DNA of 63,878 nt, the filler included, from Collodictyon triciliatum (lineage: Eukaryota): the NCBI GenBank assembly GCA_043381765.1. It is 8 parts of 8 records of this genome, joined end to end, with 100 filler letters (N's around TTAATTAATTAA, not from the genome) between each part and the next. Parts side by side here need not be neighbours in the genome. Positions count along the whole stretch, not along the records: positions 53,827 to 58,771 come from JBHJMP010002651.1; positions 58,872 to 62,511 come from JBHJMP010002663.1; positions 62,612 to 63,878 come from JBHJMP010002788.1; 5 more parts are not named here. One strand, given 5' to 3'. Shown piece by piece: positions 53,827 to 63,878 of the stretch; position 1 is the first letter of the stretch; the number at the start of each line of letters is the position of its first letter. Under the pieces are notes generated by a model. The model was given only the letters and a program-made list of their open reading frames with translations, did no database searches and was not told the DNA's origin. The position numbers and the translations under genes were made by a program.

Positions 53827-54007
53827 GTGTGGTGAACTTTGAGCAGAATCCTCGCTTTTGTAGGATGATTTCTAGGGCTTCATTGTTCACATAGTCATAT
53901 GCTTTCTCAAGGTCGTAGAATATCATGATGCGTGGGTCTTTGGATACTTGATATTCCATGTATTCCTTGTTCACGAGCCATATGTTTGTGTCGATGTTCC
54001 TGCCACC
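53827..54007 (-). mobile_element. Non-LTR retrotransposon (L1/Tx1-like) reverse transcriptase fragment, 5'-truncated, running into the scaffold edge
   Basis: GRNIDTNI...IFYDLEKAYDYVN..AL...L...GF matches the LINE RT GR.I.DNI / D..KAFD.V / GF pattern; in-frame stop just upstream. Confidence 0.82.
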
Positions 54008-54239
54008 CTCCTTACTCTCTTATTTTCTTCCTTCGGTTCGTTAAATCTCTTCGAGAAAAAAAAAACAATTAAAAAATAAAACTTTTGACTTGACCTCCAG
54101 CTTTCGTCACAGCGCCGTGTGTAGACTACGCCGAAAACAAAGCAAAACAGAGAGGAACAGAAGACAAGCGGGCCAAGTCCGTATTTTTTTGCAGGAGGCC
54201 ACCAGCACAGGAAAAGAGAAAGTTTTCTCACGCAAGGAA

Positions 54240-58673
<4,434 letters not shown>

Positions 58674-59454
58674 GTATTCTCCTTTTTTTTTTTTTTTTTT
58701 TTTTTTATATGAAATAACCTATTTTTTTTAATTTGGAATATTGTTTTTAAAATTTTAAATAAAAAAAGAAANNNNNNNNNNNNNNNNNNNNNNNNNNNNN
58801 NNNNNNNNNNNNNNNTTAATTAATTAANNNNNNNNNNNNNNNNNNNNNNNNNNNNNNNNNNNNNNNNNNNNAAAAAAAATATATATATATATAATAATAA
58901 TAATAAAAAAAAAAATTTAAACCCCCCCCCCCCCCCCCCCCTTTTTTTTTTTTTTTTTTTGATTCTACGCCGTTCAGGGACTGTGATAATACGCGCACAT
59001 CGTACACAAGATGAAAAGCAATAAAATGGCGATTGTGGATAAGAGTTCCTTTTCATTCAAAAACCTTGACACAATCCTTTTTTTTTCCCATCAAGAGTTG
59101 GGCTAATGCATTCTATCCAAGAAATACAGTCGATTTCATGGTCAAAGAGAGCACCGACATGCCCTGCCTTGCCTTGCCCTTAAAAGCCTTACCAGCTTAT
59201 CCAGCATACTAATCGGTGTTGATTTCCTCACCACCTTGCTTGGCCTCTTTATATTGCGAGATTCATACAATTGAATATTACAGTTTTATTATGTTCAATG
59301 CAGCGTCCATGCTTAATTACATTAGAAAATCACTTTTTTTTGAAATAAAATAAAATAAAATAAAGAATTGTAAAGTGAAAAAAAGGAGCGAGGATAATAA
59401 ATTGGTCATTGAAATCCAAGGCCGAGGCTCTTTCTCTTTGATACAGGAGGCGAG

Positions 59455-62379
59455 CTAGCCCAGTCTCTTTAGGCCTCGAATGGCACGTTGATTTCCAGCT
59501 TTTGCGAGGGGTTCATACAACCGCCGCGCCTCCTCGATGTTTCTCATAACTCCATGCCCATGCTGGAAACAAAAGGCAAGCTGAAGTTGTGCCGGAATAT
59601 AGCCTTGTTCAAATGCACGCTGGTACCACTTACAGGCTTCTTCGTAAGTCGCAGTCGTACCCCACCCATTAAAAAAGCAGTTTCCATACTCGTATTGAGC
59701 CTCCGCCAAGCCGTGCTCTGCTGAACGTCCGTACCATTTGAAAGCTTCAGCCGGGTCTTTTGAGACTGCATATCCGCTTTGGTAGCAATGGCCGATGTAG
59801 TACTCTGCTCGTGCATCTCCTTTGTCAGCCGCCTTCCGAAACCACTTTAAAGCCTCCACGTAGTCGACATGGGTTCCAAGGCCTGTGAAGCAACAAGTCC
59901 CCAGACTTGATTGAGCCAAGGTATGGTCCTGCTCGGCCGCTCTGCGATACCACTTTACAGCCTCTGTCGGGTCTTTTTTAGTGCCTTGGGCTGTGGCAAA
60001 ACAGACCGCAACATTGTACTGAGCAGCCGCATGATTCTGGTCTGCTGCCTTCCGAAAGAGCCGAAACGCCTCCACAATGTCCTGAGACATCCCTTGGCCG
60101 TTCTTTTTAGCCAAGGCCAACTGGAATAAGGCATGTGCATTGGTGACGTCAGGGTCCTTCTTTTCACGCATATTTGTTGGGCTTCCAGGTGGGGGTTCTG
60201 CTGGAATGGAAGAGGGCCGCTGCAAACGGAGGTTGATTACTTTAGGAGATGATGAAGGCTGCTCGTTTCTCAGGCGACGCAGCTTTGTGTCCGGAGTGTC
60301 TACCACGGGAGGTTTCCAAGTATGGTTAGAACTATTTGCAATTACATCAATTTTGTGAGAGAAGTAAGTTAGCGAGCTTTGTAAAAGTTGGAATGATTTA
60401 AATACCAAGTTCGACATGAGGCAGCGGGGATGGAAGAACAGATTGAGACAGGATATCCCTAGTCATATGCATTTTTTTTTATTTATGGTGCATTTATTAT
60501 AATAAGAGCGAACAATAGTACAACATGAGTATTTACATGATTTGTGGATCAGGAATAGGTACCTTTTCATCAGTTCTGGAGAACGGACGAATAATTAATT
60601 TTTTTAATTTTTTAATTTTATTCCTTGTTAAAAAAATTAGGGACCTGAAATGATGTAAGGGATAAGACGAAAACAAACTGTTTGCAGAATTGTAAGCAGC
60701 CAGTATTCTATTCAGCTCTTTAGATACATAGTCGAACGATGGGCGTTGAATAGGGTCGTGAGCCCAACATTGTGTCATCAAAGACATCCATCCGTCAGGC
60801 GACTCTGCAGTTGCCGGCATGGGCGGCCGCTTTCCCACTTGAACACTCTGGATGATGACTTGAGGATGTACTCCGGCGAATGGCTCCTTCACATATAAAC
60901 CAAAAAATGATAATAATTCAAGACAATACTATCACCGCAAAAATGAGGCGGTAAAATTCAACTATGTTTATTATCTCCTTTTATTCAGTCCGAAGAAAAA
61001 GTGTTAAAATTGATTGAGTGCATAACATAAGAGTGCAAATTAGAATTATTTTTACGCTCAAAGGTTTACTAGATACATATCATATCTAGTAAGCCAAGTC
61101 TATGAAAGATTAAAACATTGGAATATTGAAGGAAAGAAATAAGGAGGAAAAAAAAATGCTTACAAGACAAGTCAAAAGCTCCCAAAGAACAATACCGAAA
61201 CCATAAACATCGCTTTGGACTGATGGCGAGTTCCCAACAATATCGAGCAGTTCGGGTGCCATCCATTGAATGGTTCCACCTCTTATCTGCGAGCCCGAAT
61301 AAACAAGAGATTCGGTCTCGTACCGTGCAATTGACATACCAAAATCGCATATTTTAGCCTATGAATGAATCATAAACGCATATTCTTTTAAGGATGGACA
61401 ATACATAATTAACTTCAATATATAAATGCATGTATGCAGTCATTTTTAATACTCTTATTTACCTGCCATGAGTCGTCTACAAGGATGTTGTGACTTTTCA
61501 AGTCTTGGTGTATTATCGGAGGGAAAGAATTGTGTAACTTGTTCATCCCCAACGATGCGTGGTAAGCAATTTCTATCCGGCGGTTCCAAGATGGAGGCTC
61601 CAATTTTGTAAAGGGAATCAGACAATTTCATCACAATAATGGGGGTAAATATTAAGAAATTACACGAAAAAAGAAAAGAAAAGAAAAGAAAAGAAAAGAA
61701 AAGAAAAGAAAAGAAAAGAAAAGAAAAGAAAAGAAAAGAAAAGAAAAGAAAAGAAAAGAAAAGAAAAAAAGCTATTGTTGAGATGTAATATCATTTAAGT
61801 TACTTCGTCTGAGTGGAGCATTTGGAACAGACTGCCGCGCTCCATCCATTCCAACACAAGACAGACATTTGGAGTTTCGGTGCAAACACCTAGTATCTGG
61901 ACCACATACTTGCTCCGTGTCCGTAGGTGGAGCTTTATAAATAAATATATTGTAGATATTGTTAATGTACATAACGACAACACGCAAGCAAAAAAAAAAA
62001 AATGTCTAGAAGTACCAAAAGAGGTATCACTATTCGCACTGTAACAAGTATGCATACAAATTGTTTTGGACTGATATTGTTATTACAGGCTCAATCTGAA
62101 AACGATTTTAAGCATTACATCGGCCTCCCTCAGAAGTTCGTTCATCGCTTTTGGACTGAGAATTCCCCCATGGACTTTCTTGATGGCCACTGTTTCGCCG
62201 CTGTACAATCCTTTGAAAACAGAACCAAAACCTCCTTCTCCAACCTTCTCCAAGAAAGTCAGCTGGTGATAGGGCACTTTGATCAGATCCACAGCGGAGG
62301 CGGTGCCTGCTGGACGACGCATCCCTTGAGCGGTTTGTGCGTCATTGTTTCGCATTATGAGCATCATCATTTCGCGCAT
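59455..62379 (-). CDS. TKL-group protein kinase fused to six C-terminal Sel1-like repeats; 5'-partial
   Basis: GEGGFG, VAIKK, IIHQDLKSHNIL, DFG, GTIQWMAPE, DVYGFG, CW..DP..RPSF; two linker exons join in frame to an exon with six 36-aa Sel1 repeats. Confidence 0.9.
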
Positions 62380-62624
62380 CTGCATAGAAGAGAAATAAAA
62401 ATGATTTCTTACGCTTGCTACAGGTCAATTTTGGATATCTATATATTTGGTCGAATGCAAAAAAAAAAAAAAAAAAAAAAAAAGAAAAACAAAAAGGACC
62501 CCCCCTTCAACNNNNNNNNNNNNNNNNNNNNNNNNNNNNNNNNNNNNNNNNNNNNTTAATTAATTAANNNNNNNNNNNNNNNNNNNNNNNNNNNNNNNNN
62601 NNNNNNNNNNNACTAAAAACTAAA

Positions 62625-62655
<31 letters not shown>

Positions 62656-62664
62656 TTAAAAGGC

Positions 62665-62695
<31 letters not shown>

Positions 62696-63878
62696 AAGTA
62701 TTTTTTTAGTACTTTACCTACTTCTGGTATACTTGTGCGCAAACGAAAAAAAATAGAGCTAATAATTTTATATGCCTTCAATAGAGCTATAAGGGTTAAA
62801 AAGAAAAATTTTGACTAGAATTTTTGAAAATAATATAATATTTTCCTGTTAATTAATTCAATATAGAAGGATTTTGGTGTTATTAAAGTAAAATGATATT
62901 TCTTGAAAAAACCTCACCTTTAAAACATAGACAATTGATATAATTCCATAAACTTTGATAAATAACGAAGATGAATCGATGGAACCAACAACTTATAACT
63001 ATACAATTATACTATATAATCTATTAAATCATTAATTAATAATTAAATCATAACTATGTCGAGATATGTCAATTTTATGTAGCAAAAATTGAAATGACTA
63101 AAGGAAATTTTCAACATGAAATATATTTGATAATTTTTTAATTTTCAAAAAAAATTGGTCCGTGTAAATTAATATAAACTAATTTGAAATAATTGTAGTA
63201 GATATTTTATCTCAGAGAATCAAACACCTATTAGCAGGCTATTGATCAGTCGTCTGGTTCTAGAAAAATTACTTTACAGACCAGTATTGGAAACAATCCT
63301 AACCCACCAAACATCAGGAAATAAAAAACAAAGAAAAAATATAGTATTGACTTTTCTAAATAGTATCATTATTAAAAATATAAAGAAAAATAAATAATCA
63401 TTCTAATTAGTGATACATTTCCTAAAAAAGGGTTTCCAAAAAATGCTTTTGATCGATGTAATTTATGAAAATAATATCATTTGTAACCATGTAATATATA
63501 TTAGAGAAATATGTATTTTTTTATTTATCTATAATATTTGTTTCTTGATATAATTAGCATGAAAATAGAATGTATCAATAAATAATTTTAATGAAAAAAT
63601 AACATGTAGAAGGCCCCCATCAATTACCTTTCGAAGGAATTTAATGAAGTATGAATATTTTTTTTTACTGATACACATACTGTGATAAATAAGAATAAGT
63701 TTTTCTTCTGCTTGACAGGACTGAAGAAAAATCAATCGTAGAAACAGGAAAAGAAAAGAAAAGAAAAGAAAAGAAAAGAAAAGAAAAGAAAAGAAAGAAA
63801 AGAAAGAAAAGAAAGAAAAGAAAGAAAAGAAAGAAAAGAAAGAAAAGAAAGAAAAGAAAGAAAAGAAAGAAAAGAAAG

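Noticed and set aside
62612-63878. Possible minus-strand exons in the last AT-rich scaffold
   Set aside because: Some splice-like sites but no consistent frame or recognisable motif

Overview
Eukaryotic (protist-like), intron-dense, microsatellite-rich genomic DNA. The window is not contiguous: eight scaffolds are joined by seven artificial 100-nt linkers (44 N + TTAATTAATTAA + 44 N), so neighbourhoods only hold within a scaffold. Exon-by-exon reading (standard code, almost all GT-AG introns) supports: the 3' end of a UBTD/DC-UbP-type gene, an F-box + ARM-repeat protein, a chromatin reader with four tandem PZP (PHD-Zn knuckle-PHD) modules, a small EF-hand-motif orphan, a PP2C phosphatase, RPS12, RIC1, a two-repeat Myb, an SK-type Ca2+-activated K+ channel, CAND1, DDX56/DBP9, a non-LTR reverse transcriptase fragment, a DH-PH RhoGEF and a non-RD TKL kinase fused to six Sel1 repeats. 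The most unusual signal is a family of at least six near-uniform, ~17-25 bp intronic inserts (consensus TTGAATCGAATAAAGG + A-run), in both orientations and on two scaffolds, flanked by 13-18 bp target-site-like direct repeats. One duplicates a splice donor and one site appears to have been hit twice. Second is a hairpin-bounded cassette at 20.3-21.4 kb with a repeated upstream motif, a perfect 42-bp palindrome right after the stop codon and a possible H3-tail-like N-terminus, lying head-to-head with the four-PZP gene. All family assignments are from motif recognition by eye; no searches were run.
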